Origin: Candidatus Avedoeria danica
GTDB taxonomy: Bacteria > Chloroflexota > Anaerolineae > Epilineales > Epilineaceae
Direction of reading: 5' to 3'
DNA: 64,000 bases
NCBI GenBank assembly: GCA_016703025.1
Contig: JADJCV010000003.1
Location: 175,635 to 239,634, forward strand
Shown here: positions 1 to 8,201 of the stretch, in pieces
Layout: each line of letters starts with the position of its first letter
How positions within the stretch are numbered: position 1 is the stretch's first letter
The notes under the pieces: model-generated
Databases searched by the model: none
What the model saw: only the letters and a program-made list of their open reading frames with translations
Told to the model about the DNA's origin: nothing
Translations under genes and position numbers: made by a program

Positions 1-1499
1 TCGCGCTCGTTCGTCGAGAGCATATCCGCCACGCGGCCGTAGTGGCGGTGGATGGCCAGGAACGCCCAGACGAACAGCGGGATGAGGAGCGCGATGATCC
101 AGGCGCCCTCAAGGAACTTGGTGGCGGTGATGACGACGAGCACGATGCCCGTCACGAGCGCGCCGGTGGCGTTCAGCACGCGCTTCCAAACAACGTTGCG
201 CTCGTGGTGGAGCGTCGTGACCTCGGTGCGCATCGTTTCGCCGGGCTTGAGCCGGCTCACCTTGCCCCAGAGCACCACCATGCCGGCCTGCGACAGCGTG
301 AAGCTGATCATGACGCCGATCGCGTACAGCGGCAGCATCCGGATTTCCTCGGCGTTGAAGATCACGAGGACGATGCCGGCGATGAACGTGAGCAACAGGA
401 TGCCGGAGCTGTATACCAGTCGATCTCCCCGATTCTGCATCCAGCGGGGCATGTAGCCGTCGCGGGCCAGGAAGAAGCCGAGCCGCGGGAAGTCCTGATA
501 GCCCGTGTTCGCCGCCAGGAGGAGGATGAGCGCGGTGAACGTCTGAACCCAGTAGTACAGCACCCGCCCGCCCGACAGGTTTTCCGAGACGCTGTTCGTC
601 ATCTGGGAAAGGATGCTCTCGCCCTCGTCCGTCGGGATGAGCGCCATGTGGGTGGCCAGCCAGCTGATGCCGATGAACAGCGTCATGGCGATGACGGCCA
701 TCCACACCATCGTCGTGGCCGCGTTGCGGGCTTCGGGCTTCCGGAACGCCGTCACACCGTTGGAGATCGCTTCGATGCCGGTGAGGGCCGTGCAGCCTGC
801 CGCGAACGCGCGCAGCAGGAGCCACGTGTAGGCCAGCGACCACGGGTCGATGGCCACCGATGCGGGCAGCACGACCGGGTGGGGGTCCAGCGGGGGCAGG
901 CCGAACAGGCCGTACATCCGCGACAAGCCGAGCCCGATGGTGACGAGGACGCCGGCCACGAAGGCGTATGTCGGGAAGGCGAACACCGTTCCGCTCTCGC
1001 GCACACCGCGCAGGTTGATCCAGGCGATGAGCAGGACGGCCGCAATGGCGAGCGGCAGCCGCAGTTCGACGAGGTCAGGGAACGCCGAGGTGACCGCGCG
1101 GATGCCGGCAGCGACCGACACGGATACGGTGAGGACATAATCCGTCATAAGGGCCGCGGCGGCGAAGAGGGCGACGTTCGGGCCGAGGTTGTCCTTGGCC
1201 ACGGAGTAGGCGCCGCCGCCGTGCGGGTAGTGATGGATCGTCTGGACGTAGCTGGTGCACACCAGCGCGATCAGCGCGGCGATGCCGAGGGCGATCGGCA
1301 TCGTCATCGCCAGGGCGCCGGAGCCCAGGACGATGAGGACGTGCATGATCGCCTCGGTGGCGTAGGCGTTGGAGCTGATCGGGTCCGAGGCGAAGATGGC
1401 CAGGCCGCGGACCTTGTCAAGCCGCTCGTGGGCGCTGGCGCTCGTTGGGAAGGGACGGCCGATGAGGATGCGCTTCAGGCCGTCGGGGTTGACTTGCAT
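1..1499 (-). CDS. APC-superfamily amino acid/polyamine permease, C-terminus cut off by the window edge
   Basis: Absent from the ORF track because the frame stays open to position 1. My own translation of the minus strand from the ATG (complement of cat at 1497-1499) gives MQVNPDGLKRILIGRPFPTSASAHERLDKVRGLAIFASDPISSNAYATEAIMHVLIVLGSGALAMTMPIALGIAALIALV... This is an APC-type N-terminal signature followed by TM-rich sequence. The listed + ORF 42..1892 is its Arg/Asp/Gly-rich antisense shadow. Confidence 0.8.
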   Translation of the reverse strand, partial: MQVNPDGLKRILIGRPFPTSASAHERLDKVRGLAIFASDPISSNAYATEAIMHVLIVLGSGALAMTMPIALGIAALIALVCTSYVQTIHHYPHGGGAYSVAKDNLGPNVALFAAAALMTDYVLTVSVSVAAGIRAVTSAFPDLVELRLPLAIAAVLLIAWINLRGVRESGTVFAFPTYAFVAGVLVTIGLGLSRMYGLFGLPPLDPHPVVLPASVAIDPWSLAYTWLLLRAFAAGCTALTGIEAISNGVTAFRKPEARNAATTMVWMAVIAMTLFIGISWLATHMALIPTDEGESILSQMTNSVSENLSGGRVLYYWVQTFTALILLLAANTGYQDFPRLGFFLARDGYMPRWMQNRGDRLVYSSGILLLTFIAGIVLVIFNAEEIRMLPLYAIGVMISFTLSQAGMVVLWGKVSRLKPGETMRTEVTTLHHERNVVWKRVLNATGALVTGIVLVVITATKFLEGAWIIALLIPLFVWAFLAIHRHYGRVADMLSTNER

Positions 1500-1598
1500 G
1501 GGATGGGGCTCGTGATTTCAGGTTGCCACGCCAGCGGCGCGGGGGTCGCGATCGCGACTTGTAGGGCCGTGGATGGATTCGCGCGGCAGTCGCCCGAC

Positions 1599-1607
1599 TG
1601 GTATAGT
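1599..1607 (+). promoter_or_regulatory. Candidate extended -10 element (TGGTATAGT) for the TerC-family gene
   Basis: TGgTATAGT lies in the divergent intergenic region, about 195 nt upstream of the ATG at 1805. There is no convincing -35. Confidence 0.25.
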
Positions 1608-1804
1608 CACGCGCCGCGGCGCTGTAAAGTTTCGGGCCGCGGAAAACGGACGGGCGCAGGCGGGACCGCGGTGAGCGCAACGGGCGACGGTCTCGCCTTT
1701 TCGTTGGGTCGCGAGCGGTCTCGGTGGCGTGCGACCACGGTCGATTGCGGCCCGGGTTCGAGACCGGATCCGGTCGCAATTCGGGCGATTGAGGGAGGGC
1801 GGAC

Positions 1805-2791
1805 GTGCCATCAGTGCCAGCGTTGGGCTTCGGACCGTGGTCGTGGGTCCTCTTCATTGTCTTCGTCCTCAGCCTGCTGTTCATCGACCTGAAGGTGCTC
1901 CACCGCAACCCGCACAAGGTCAGCGCGCGCGAAGCAGGCCTGTGGACGCTCGTGCTCGTCGGCCTCGCGCTCGCGTTCGCCTATCTGGTCAGCGTGCGCC
2001 ACGAGGGCGGCGCCCAGGCGGCCACCGACTTCCTGACGGCCTACGTCCTCGAGCAATCGCTCTCGATCGACAACATCTTCGTCTTCGTCATCATCTTCGC
2101 GTCGTTCAGCGTGCCGGCCGAGCTCCAACACCGCGTGCTCCTGTGGGGCGTGCTCGGGGCGCTCATCCTGCGCGCGGTGTTCATCCTGACCGCCTCGGCC
2201 TTGATCAGCCGGTTCGACTGGGTGCTCTACATCTTCGGCGCCATCCTGCTCGTGACGGCCTACCGCTTGGTGTTCAACGCCGAGGAGGAGATCGACGTCG
2301 AGAGCAAGTGGGCGGTCACGCTGGCCCGGCGGCTGCTGCCGGTCACGAGCCGCTATCACGGGTCGAAGTTCTTCATCCGCGAGGCCGGCAAGCTGACCGC
2401 CACGCCGCTGTTCGTCGTCCTGTTCATGGTCGAGACGACGGACGTGATCTTCGCCTTCGACTCGATCCCGGCCGTATTCGGCGTGACGAGCGACCCGTTC
2501 ATCGTCTTCACGAGCAACGTCTTCGCCATCCTCGGCCTCCGCTCGCTCTACTTCGTCCTGCTGGGCGCCGTCGACCGCTTCCACTACCTCAAGCCCGCCC
2601 TGGCGTTCATCCTGGCCTTCATCGGCACGAAGATGATCCTGGAGCAGCTGCCCAAGTCCTGGCCGGTCCATGTCGACATCTCCAGCCAGTGGTCGCTGGG
2701 GGTGATTGCGGCGACGTTGACGGTGGCGGCGCTGGCGTCGGTGCTGCGGCCGCCGGGGGGTGGAGCGGGGGCGACGGAGTCGTCGGCGTAG
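1805..2791 (+). CDS. TerC/Alx/YkoY-family integral membrane protein
   Basis: 328-aa multi-TM ORF. Carries the motifs EQSLSIDNIFVF and ETTDVIFAFDSIPAVFGVT...FTSNVFAILGLRSLYF, which are characteristic of the TerC family. Confidence 0.9.
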   Translation: MPSVPALGFGPWSWVLFIVFVLSLLFIDLKVLHRNPHKVSAREAGLWTLVLVGLALAFAYLVSVRHEGGAQAATDFLTAYVLEQSLSIDNIFVFVIIFASFSVPAELQHRVLLWGVLGALILRAVFILTASALISRFDWVLYIFGAILLVTAYRLVFNAEEEIDVESKWAVTLARRLLPVTSRYHGSKFFIREAGKLTATPLFVVLFMVETTDVIFAFDSIPAVFGVTSDPFIVFTSNVFAILGLRSLYFVLLGAVDRFHYLKPALAFILAFIGTKMILEQLPKSWPVHVDISSQWSLGVIAATLTVAALASVLRPPGGGAGATESSA

Positions 2792-2846
2792 CGCCGTTCA
2801 GGGCGGTAGGGCGGTAGGGCGACGACCTCGTGATTGCAGACAGCAA

Positions 2847-2929
2847 GTGGATCGGCGCCACATCACAGTGATCTGGCGCTGGATCACAGTGATCTGGCGG
2901 TGAATCACTGTGATGTGGCGCCGATCCAC
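2847..2929. repeat. Perfect 26-bp inverted repeat enclosing three ATCAC(A/T)GTGAT palindromes at 21-bp spacing
   Basis: GTGGATCGGCGCCACATCACAGTGAT (2847-2872) is the exact reverse complement of 2904-2929. The 17-mer ATCACAGTGATCTGGCG is directly repeated at 2862-2878 and 2883-2899. Confidence 0.9.
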
Positions 2930-3005
2930 TCGTGCCTTGTTCATCGCCGATGATGCAACGGACGGGCGGCCGAAGGATGCCGGCCGGTTCGGGGCTGGCA
3001 GCACA

Positions 3006-3070
3006 ACGCCCGGCCCGCCTTCACAGGCGGCCGGGCGTCGTTCGTTGGCACCGTCGGAGGGAGTCGAACC
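3006..3070. repeat. att-like direct repeat, copy A (GC hairpin plus the last 25 nt of tRNA-Lys)
   Basis: About 65 bp that align with 3806-3870, exactly 800 bp away. I saw only a few mismatches by eye. Contains TGGCACCGTCGGAGGGAGTCGAACC, which matches the 3' end of the tRNA at 3846-3870 with one mismatch. Confidence 0.8.
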
Positions 3071-3112
3071 ATCAGCCTGGAGTTCCCCCCCGGCATGACG
3101 TGCCCTGACGTC

Positions 3113-3472
3113 CTAGCGCTCCGGCAATGAGCGCATCCGCACGCGGCCCGGCTCGATCACAGCGAAGGGCTCTGCCCAGTCCGTTCGACTCTCCAGTACG
3201 GATACAAGTACGCCAGCCAGCACCGAAGGTGAAGGCGAGGTCAATCGGACGAGCGCAATCCCGGATCCAGCTGGAAGCCTCGACTTGTAGGCCAACGCCC
3301 CGAAGTCCTTGTCCTGCGTAACGAGCAGGCGCGCGCCGATCTGCGCAAGTGCGAGCACGCTCGGATCGCCCGTGCTCGGTGCCTGATCGGCCACCCAGAC
3401 CACATCGTGGCCGCGCGCTCGTAGCGCTTCGACAACCGCGGCCGGTATGTTCTCATCCGCCAGGATCTCCAC
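3113..3472 (-). CDS. PIN-like (DUF5615/Mut7-C-like) putative toxin
   Basis: Sequence is VEILADENIPAAVVEALRARGHDVVWVADQ...LLVTQDKDFGALAY...GIALVRL. A GTG start at 3472 lies 4 nt after the stop of the upstream DUF433 gene. The track's longer start at 3553 would overlap that gene by 77 nt. Confidence 0.75.
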   Translation of the reverse strand: MEILADENIPAAVVEALRARGHDVVWVADQAPSTGDPSVLALAQIGARLLVTQDKDFGALAYKSRLPAGSGIALVRLTSPSPSVLAGVLVSVLESRTDWAEPFAVIEPGRVRMRSLPER

Positions 3473-3476
3473 GAAA

Positions 3477-3707
3477 CTATACTGCCAGCGGATAGACGGC
3501 CTCGCGTTCAAGGGACTCGCTCGCGTAAGCCAAGCACGCACGCACGTCGGCATCCGTCAGTCGGGGGTAGTTGGCGAGGAGGTCGGCGACACTCCATCCC
3601 TGGGCCATCAGATCGACCAGGAACGACACCGCCAGCCTGGTGCCCTTCACAACGGGCTTGCCTGCCAGAACGTCCGCGTCCATCGCGATATGCTCACGCC
3701 AGTCCAT
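3477..3707 (-). CDS. DUF433-family putative antitoxin
   Basis: 76 aa. DADVLAGKPVVKGTRLAVSFLVDLMAQGWSVADLLANYPRLTDADVRACLAYA matches the DUF433 signature (GKPxIxGTRI...YPxLT). GGAG lies 8 nt upstream of the ATG. Confidence 0.8.
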   Translation of the reverse strand: MDWREHIAMDADVLAGKPVVKGTRLAVSFLVDLMAQGWSVADLLANYPRLTDADVRACLAYASESLEREAVYPLAV

Positions 3708-3763
3708 GGCCCGCTCCGTCCAACGTGTATGGCTGCCGACGCCACCCCGAAGTTCCCACGCCC

Positions 3764-3769
3764 ATTCTA
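3764..3769 (-). promoter_or_regulatory. Candidate -10 box (TAGAAT on the minus strand) for the DUF433/PIN operon
   Basis: TAGAAT lies about 55 nt upstream of the ATG at 3707. There is no good -35. Confidence 0.3.
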
Positions 3770-3805
3770 TCCGATCAGCCGCCGCCGCGGGAGCCGAACA
3801 TCAAG

Positions 3806-3870
3806 ACGCCCGGCCGCCTGCGAAGGCGGCCGGGCGTCGTACCGTTGGCACCGACGGAGGGAGTCGAACC
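3806..3870. repeat. att-like direct repeat, copy B (overlaps the 3' end of intact tRNA-Lys and its downstream hairpin)
   Basis: Aligns with 3006-3070 at an 800-bp offset. Confidence 0.8.
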
Positions 3871-3920
3871 CACAACCAAGGGATTAAGAGTCCCCTGCTC
3901 TACCATTGAGCTACGTCGGC
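3846..3920 (-). tRNA. tRNA-Lys (anticodon CTT), CCA encoded
   Basis: The reverse complement reads GCCGACGTAGCTCAATGGTAGAGCAGGGGACTCTTAATCCCTTGGTTGTGGGTTCGACTCCCTCCGTCGGTGCCA. It has a 7-bp acceptor stem, a canonical D arm, and an anticodon loop CTCTTAA. The T loop is GGTTCGACTCC, with one T:T mismatch in the T stem. Confidence 0.85.
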
Positions 3921-3933
3921 GTGCGGATGGGCC

Positions 3934-3961
3934 ATTGTAGCCACGACGGGCGCACTGTCAA
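3934..3961 (-). promoter_or_regulatory. Sigma-70-type promoter for tRNA-Lys (TTGACA-N16-TACAAT)
   Basis: The minus strand reads TTGACAgtgcgcccgtcgtggcTACAAT. The -10 ends 13 nt before the tRNA 5' end. Confidence 0.55.
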
Positions 3962-4150
3962 ACTGTCGGACGGCCGTCGCGGAGGGGGTCGGCGGCGGCC
4001 TCGAACGGGGAATGGACCCAGGGCGGGCAGCCGTATCGACGTCCGGGGCGGGCACAACCCTCCGACCTCGGCCGCCGCTGCGGGTGTATACTCGAACCCG
4101 TACCCGGCGGGCCGGCCTCGGCGCCGGACGGCACACGAAAGGTGCGGCGC

Positions 4151-4366
4151 ATGCTTGGTGGCATTGGGATGCCGGAACTGCTCATCATCCTGGTGATCGT
4201 CCTGATCATCTTTGGCGCGGGCAAGATCTCGGAGATCGGCGGCGCGCTCGGGCGCGGGATCAGCGAGTTCCGGCGCAACTCGTCGACGGACGACAAGAAG
4301 GACGCTCCGGCGGCTCCGGCTGCCGCGACCGAGGCGGATGGATCGGGGCCGAAGCTCGTCAGCTAG
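4151..4366 (+). CDS. tatA: Twin-arginine translocase subunit TatA/E
   Basis: [42 protein letters not shown] is the canonical TatA N-terminus. GAAAGGTG lies 6 nt upstream of the ATG at 4151. The track's start at 4142 is an upstream GTG. Confidence 0.9.
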   Translation: MLGGIGMPELLIILVIVLIIFGAGKISEIGGALGRGISEFRRNSSTDDKKDAPAAPAAATEADGSGPKLVS

Positions 4367-5436
4367 GGCAGCGGATCCCGCTCGCCCTCGTTCTCGCCCA
4401 CATCCTCGCTCCCGAGATCGTCCTCCGTCCGCTCCTCGGCCAGCTCCTCCGCCAGCACGGACGCCGGCGTCGGCCACAGCGCCAGCGCCGCCGCGGCTGC
4501 CGTGGCGTGCTCCGCCCACGCCGGCCCGTAGCGCCGCGTGAGTTCGATGGCCAAGTCGTCCGGGAGCGGCGCCTCGATCGTCAGCCGCTCGCCGGTCACC
4601 GGGTGCGTCAGTGCCAGGCGCCAGGCGTGGAGCGCCATGCGGCCGATCGCCCGGTCCGGGCGGCCGTAGACGCGGTCGCCCGCTACGGGGTGCCCGATGG
4701 CGGCCAGGTGAACGCGGATCTGGTGCGTCCGGCCCGTGAACAGGCGCAGGACGATCAGGCTGTCCGTCGGCCGCTCGACGGCCACGTGGTAGCCCGTCAC
4801 CGCCACCCGCCCCCCCGGCACCACCGCGATCCGCTGCCGATGGACGGCGTCGCGGCCGAGCGGTGCGTCGATCAGGCCGTGCGGCGGCTGGACGGCGCCG
4901 CGGACGATCGCCAGATAGACCTTGTCGACCGAACGACCCTTGAACTGCGCCTGCAGCGCCGCCCGAACGGCCGGCGTGCGCGCCACGACGAGCACGCCCG
5001 ACGTATCGGCGTCCAGACGGTGGACGATGCCGGGCCGCGGATCTTCGGGTCCGAACGCGGCCGCGATGTCCGGGAAGCGCGCGGCGAGCGCGTTCACCAG
5101 CGTGCCGTCCGCGTGGCCGAGGCCGGGGTGAACGACCAGCCCGGCCGGCTTGGCCACCGCCAGCATCGAGTCGTCGGCGTACAGCACGTCCAGCGGTGCG
5201 CCCGCCGAAGCCGTCGGCGATGCCACCACTTCCGCCATGCCCGCGCCGACCGCGACGACGGCGCCCGCTGCCAAGCGCCCGCCGGCCTTCGCCGCCCGGC
5301 CGTCGACCTGAACCCGCCCGGCGCCGATCCAGCGCTGCGCTTCGGCGCGCAGCACACCCACCCGACGCGCCAGCACGACGTCGAGCCGCTCGCCGTCATC
5401 CGCGGCGTCCGCCGTGAACGTGCGCGGTTCGCTCAT
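4363..5436 (-). CDS. rluD: RluD/RluA-family 23S rRNA pseudouridine synthase (S4 domain plus catalytic domain)
   Basis: Has an S4-like N-terminus (RLDVVLARR...GRVQVDGR), the catalytic motif [14 protein letters not shown], and KVYLAIVRG...[12 protein letters not shown]. Confidence 0.85.
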   Translation of the reverse strand: MSEPRTFTADAADDGERLDVVLARRVGVLRAEAQRWIGAGRVQVDGRAAKAGGRLAAGAVVAVGAGMAEVVASPTASAGAPLDVLYADDSMLAVAKPAGLVVHPGLGHADGTLVNALAARFPDIAAAFGPEDPRPGIVHRLDADTSGVLVVARTPAVRAALQAQFKGRSVDKVYLAIVRGAVQPPHGLIDAPLGRDAVHRQRIAVVPGGRVAVTGYHVAVERPTDSLIVLRLFTGRTHQIRVHLAAIGHPVAGDRVYGRPDRAIGRMALHAWRLALTHPVTGERLTIEAPLPDDLAIELTRRYGPAWAEHATAAAAALALWPTPASVLAEELAEERTEDDLGSEDVGENEGERDPLP

Positions 5437-6068
5437 CCGTCGCCCACTTCCGCGCGAGCGCCCGCCGGCTGCACGGCGTCGACATCCCTCCGCCCTGCGT
5501 CGACATCCGTCCGCTCCGCATCGACAGCCGAGCGCCCCCCGTCATCCTCCGTCCGCCACAAGTGCCATGCCAGGATCGCCACGCCGATGAAGATCGCCGA
5601 GTCGGCGATGTTGAACACCGGCCAGACCTGGAAGTCGAAGAAGTCCGTGACGTAGCCGCGGCGCAAGCGGTCCGTGAGGTTGCCGATCGCCCCGCCCGCC
5701 TGCAAGCCGAGGGCGAGGCGCAGCCAGCCGGCGTCCAGCGGCAGGCGGGACTGGTAGACCATGAGGCCGAGGACGACGATGGTGGCGATGAGCGCGAAGA
5801 CCTCGCTCCTGCCTTGGCCGAGGCCGAACGCCATGCCGGTGTTGTGGACGTGGGTGAAGGTGAAGACCTTGGTCAAGGCCGACTCGGCGCCCGGCCAGCG
5901 CTCGCCGGGCGCCAGCCAGCCCCGGACGAAGTGCTTCGTGAGCTGATCGAGCGCGACCGTGGACAGGAGCGCGGCGGCGAACAGGCCGTGGGCGGCGGCG
6001 CGGGCACGGCCGGCGCCGGGCGCGGCGCGAAGCCCGTCGTCCCGTTCCCGTGGCTCAGTCGACGTCAA
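5433..6068 (-). CDS. lspA: Lipoprotein signal peptidase II
   Basis: Motifs seen: LDQLTKHFV, FTHVHNTGMAFGL, GGAIGNLTDRL, FDFQVWPVFNIADSAIFIGV. The start is uncertain, because 6068 overlaps the upstream gene by 14 nt. Confidence 0.9.
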   Translation of the reverse strand: MTSTEPRERDDGLRAAPGAGRARAAAHGLFAAALLSTVALDQLTKHFVRGWLAPGERWPGAESALTKVFTFTHVHNTGMAFGLGQGRSEVFALIATIVVLGLMVYQSRLPLDAGWLRLALGLQAGGAIGNLTDRLRRGYVTDFFDFQVWPVFNIADSAIFIGVAILAWHLWRTEDDGGRSAVDAERTDVDAGRRDVDAVQPAGARAEVGDG

Positions 6069-6462
6069 GGGCCAGGTCGTCGTCGTCGCGGCGGCGGCGG
6101 TCCACCTTCACCTCGTGGCGCGCCCATGGGAGCACCTCGAGCCGTTCGGCGCGGATCCAGACGCCATCGTCCTCGTCCCAACCGTACGTCCCGGCGTCGA
6201 TCGCGGCCAGCGCGTCCTCGATGTCGCGGAGCATCGTCTGGGCATTGTTGATCAGCGTCATGTCGAGCTCGCGCTCCGTCAGGGCGGTGGCGTCCTCGCT
6301 CATGTAGGTGTCCCCGCCGTCCGTATCGCCCATCCAGGCCTTCAGTTCCTCAGAGTCGTTGGCGATCTCTTGCTGCATCTGGGCGCGCTCCGCCAGCAAC
6401 CGTTCCTTCTGCACGGCGATGAAGGCGGCGTCGTACGGGCTTGCGGACGTTGGCTCGGTCAT
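6055..6462 (-). CDS. DksA/TraR-like protein lacking the Cys4 zinc finger
   Basis: 135 aa with a coiled-coil N-terminal part. AIDAGTYGWDEDDGVWIRAERLEVLPWARHEV aligns with the GxYGxCxxCGxxIxxxRLxxxPxxxxC region, but the protein contains no Cys. The position upstream of lspA-rluD is a common synteny. Confidence 0.6.
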   Translation of the reverse strand: MTEPTSASPYDAAFIAVQKERLLAERAQMQQEIANDSEELKAWMGDTDGGDTYMSEDATALTERELDMTLINNAQTMLRDIEDALAAIDAGTYGWDEDDGVWIRAERLEVLPWARHEVKVDRRRRDDDDLALDVD

Positions 6463-6477
6463 CAGATCTCCTGCGGC

Positions 6478-7041
6478 CTAGCGTGCGGGTGCGGTCAGCT
6501 GGGTCAACGGTGACGAATCCTGCCACTCGGCCCGGATCAGGCCGAGCACGAGCAGGTTGAGGTAGCGGCCGTCGCGGTAGTGCGCCTCGCGCAGGACGCC
6601 CTCCTGCTTGAAGCCCACCCGGGTGTACGCGCTGACCGCGCCCGTGTTGTCTTCGGGTACAGTGTAGGTCAGTCGATTGAAACCGAGCAGCTTGAACGCA
6701 TAGTTCGCCGCCACCCGCAGCGCGTCCGTGCCGGCGCCGTGGCGGCGGTAGGCCGGGTCGCCGATGAACAGGATGATCTCGGCCGTCCTGTTCAGCCAGT
6801 TCACGTTGCGGAACTCGATGCCGCCGATCAGGAGCCCGTGCGCCTCGACGCCGAAGTTGATCGCGCCTTCGAGGACGTGGCTGTAGCGCTGTTCGTAGAT
6901 CTGCTCGACCACCGCCAGCGGCGTCGGCCGTCCGTCCGTGCCGGTGGCCAGCCCGACCTCGAGGTCCTGGGCGAACTCCCAGAGGCGCGGGATGTCGGCC
7001 CGTTCCATCGGGCGGAGCGTCACCAACTCTCCGTGCAGCAT
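6478..7041 (-). CDS. GNAT-family N-acetyltransferase (RimJ/RimL-like)
   Basis: LVTLRPMERADIPRLWEF...IGDPAYRRHGAGTDALRVAANYAFKLLGFNRLTYTVPEDNTGAVSAYTRVGFKQEG. The Q/RxxGxG/A acetyl-CoA motif is present. Confidence 0.85.
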   Translation of the reverse strand: MLHGELVTLRPMERADIPRLWEFAQDLEVGLATGTDGRPTPLAVVEQIYEQRYSHVLEGAINFGVEAHGLLIGGIEFRNVNWLNRTAEIILFIGDPAYRRHGAGTDALRVAANYAFKLLGFNRLTYTVPEDNTGAVSAYTRVGFKQEGVLREAHYRDGRYLNLLVLGLIRAEWQDSSPLTQLTAPAR

Positions 7042-7134
7042 CGGATCCTCCTTGCGCTGGCCCGTCCTCGCCCGGTCTGTGGCCGAGCCTGGAGCCGGGG
7101 TGCGGCGATTCTAGCGCGGTCTGCGATCGTGTCA

Positions 7135-7182
7135 ATGCCCTCGGCCGATGCCCTCGGCCGATGCCCTCGGCCAATGCCCTCG
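7135..7182. repeat. 13-bp tandem repeat (ATGCCCTCGGCCG), about 3.7 copies
   Basis: Read directly from the sequence. Lies in the divergent intergenic region between the GNAT gene and the 7265 gene. Confidence 0.9.
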
Positions 7183-7264
7183 TGTCCGTGCTCTCGGGTC
7201 AAAGCCCTTGTGTCATGGACGGTGTGTGCCGGCGTTCCGTTCCGTGTTACCATCCCGCGCCGCC

Positions 7265-8197
7265 ATGCCCGTCCCCGACCCGTCCTCCGCCGTCCGCCCG
7301 CCCGCCCCGGCGCCTCGCGTCCGGCGGCGGCGTGCCGTGCGTGGTGCGGCCTTCGGCGCGCTGTTCGGCGTCATCTTCGGTGCCCTTCTCGGTGCCCTGT
7401 TCGGCGCGATGGCCGCCCGCCCGTCCGCCGTCGCACCGTCAGGCCTCCGCCTGTTCGCGGTGGCCCACGCGCAGGAGGGCGGCCCGACGGCGGTCCCGAC
7501 GCAGCCGCGCCGCCCGACGCGCACGCCGGCCGCCACCGCCACCCCGTCGCCGACGCCGATCTCCGCGGCGGCGCTGCGGGCGGACGTCTGGATCGACCCC
7601 CCGTTGCCCGTCGTCGGCGACCTCGTGCGTCTGGGCGTCGACATCGAGAACCGCGACCGCGCGGCGGCGCTGGACGTGACGATCGACGTGATGCTCCCGG
7701 CCGCCTTCGTGGATGCGACGCTGGATGTCGAGCCGGGCGAGACGGCGCGGGCCGGGTCGCTCGTGCGCTGGCACATCGACCGCCTCGAGTCCGGCGCCGA
7801 GGCGGCGCTGCGGATCGGCGGCCAGGCCACCCGGGCGACGGGCCCGGCGCGCGACGACCGGTGGTGCGTCCTGCTCCTGTCGTACGGCTCGCCGGTGGAG
7901 CACTGCATGCGCTTCGAGGCCGTTGCCTCGGCGGGCGCCCAGCCGGGCTCGGTGCCGCTGCCCGAGGGCGCGGACGCCGCCGAGCCGCTGCCGACGGCCC
8001 CGACGGGCTTCGGCCTGAGCGATCTGGCCGAAGGTCGGACGCTGATCGCCTGGACGATGATGGCCGTCGGCCTGGTGATCCTCGGCCTCTGGACGGGCGC
8101 GACGATGCGCGCGCGCCCGGCGGACGGCCCGGCGGACGGCGAAGCCGCGGTCGAAGCCGAAAATCCCCCATCCAACCCACCCCCGGACGCGGAGTAG
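7265..8197 (+). CDS. Membrane-anchored hypothetical protein with a DUF11-like beta-sandwich domain
   Basis: The most plausible start is MPVPDPSS at 7265, within track ORF 7148..8197. Has an N-terminal Gly-zipper TM (GAAFGALFGVIFGALLGALFGAMAA). The central domain is VGDLVRLGVDIENRDRAAALDVTIDVMLP...LVRWHIDRLESGAEAAL. Has a C-terminal TM (LIAWTMMAVGLVILGLW). Confidence 0.6.
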   Translation: MPVPDPSSAVRPPAPAPRVRRRRAVRGAAFGALFGVIFGALLGALFGAMAARPSAVAPSGLRLFAVAHAQEGGPTAVPTQPRRPTRTPAATATPSPTPISAAALRADVWIDPPLPVVGDLVRLGVDIENRDRAAALDVTIDVMLPAAFVDATLDVEPGETARAGSLVRWHIDRLESGAEAALRIGGQATRATGPARDDRWCVLLLSYGSPVEHCMRFEAVASAGAQPGSVPLPEGADAAEPLPTAPTGFGLSDLAEGRTLIAWTMMAVGLVILGLWTGATMRARPADGPADGEAAVEAENPPSNPPPDAE

Positions 8198-8201
8198 AAC
8201 G

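Noticed and set aside
1500-1804. Possible yybP-ykoY (Mn2+) riboswitch in the long leader of the TerC-family gene
   Set aside because: TerC genes often carry this riboswitch, and the leader does contain a small hairpin plus T tract (1683-1705). However, I could not find the conserved GGGGAGUAG / GAGACC core elements in the expected arrangement. A covariance-model search (Rfam RF00080) would settle it.
42-1892. 616-aa + strand ORF covering the left end of the window
   Set aside because: The composition (runs of R, D, E, G, H) and the lack of hydrophobic cores are typical of the antisense frame of a high-GC gene. The minus strand encodes a convincing APC permease.
2847-2929. MITE (miniature inverted-repeat transposable element) with 26-bp terminal inverted repeats
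   Set aside because: There is no target-site duplication at the flanks (gcaa versus tcgt), and the element would be only 83 bp with an internal third palindrome. It is kept as a repeat/operator candidate instead.
3046-3120. Second tRNA gene at the left att-like repeat
   Set aside because: Only the last 25 nt or so match tRNA-Lys. The upstream sequence cannot form an acceptor stem, an anticodon arm or a D arm.
4363-4366. Convergent tatA and rluD sharing the tetranucleotide CTAG as overlapping stop codons
   Set aside because: The observation is real, but it is a trivial consequence of compact convergent genes and has no functional implication.
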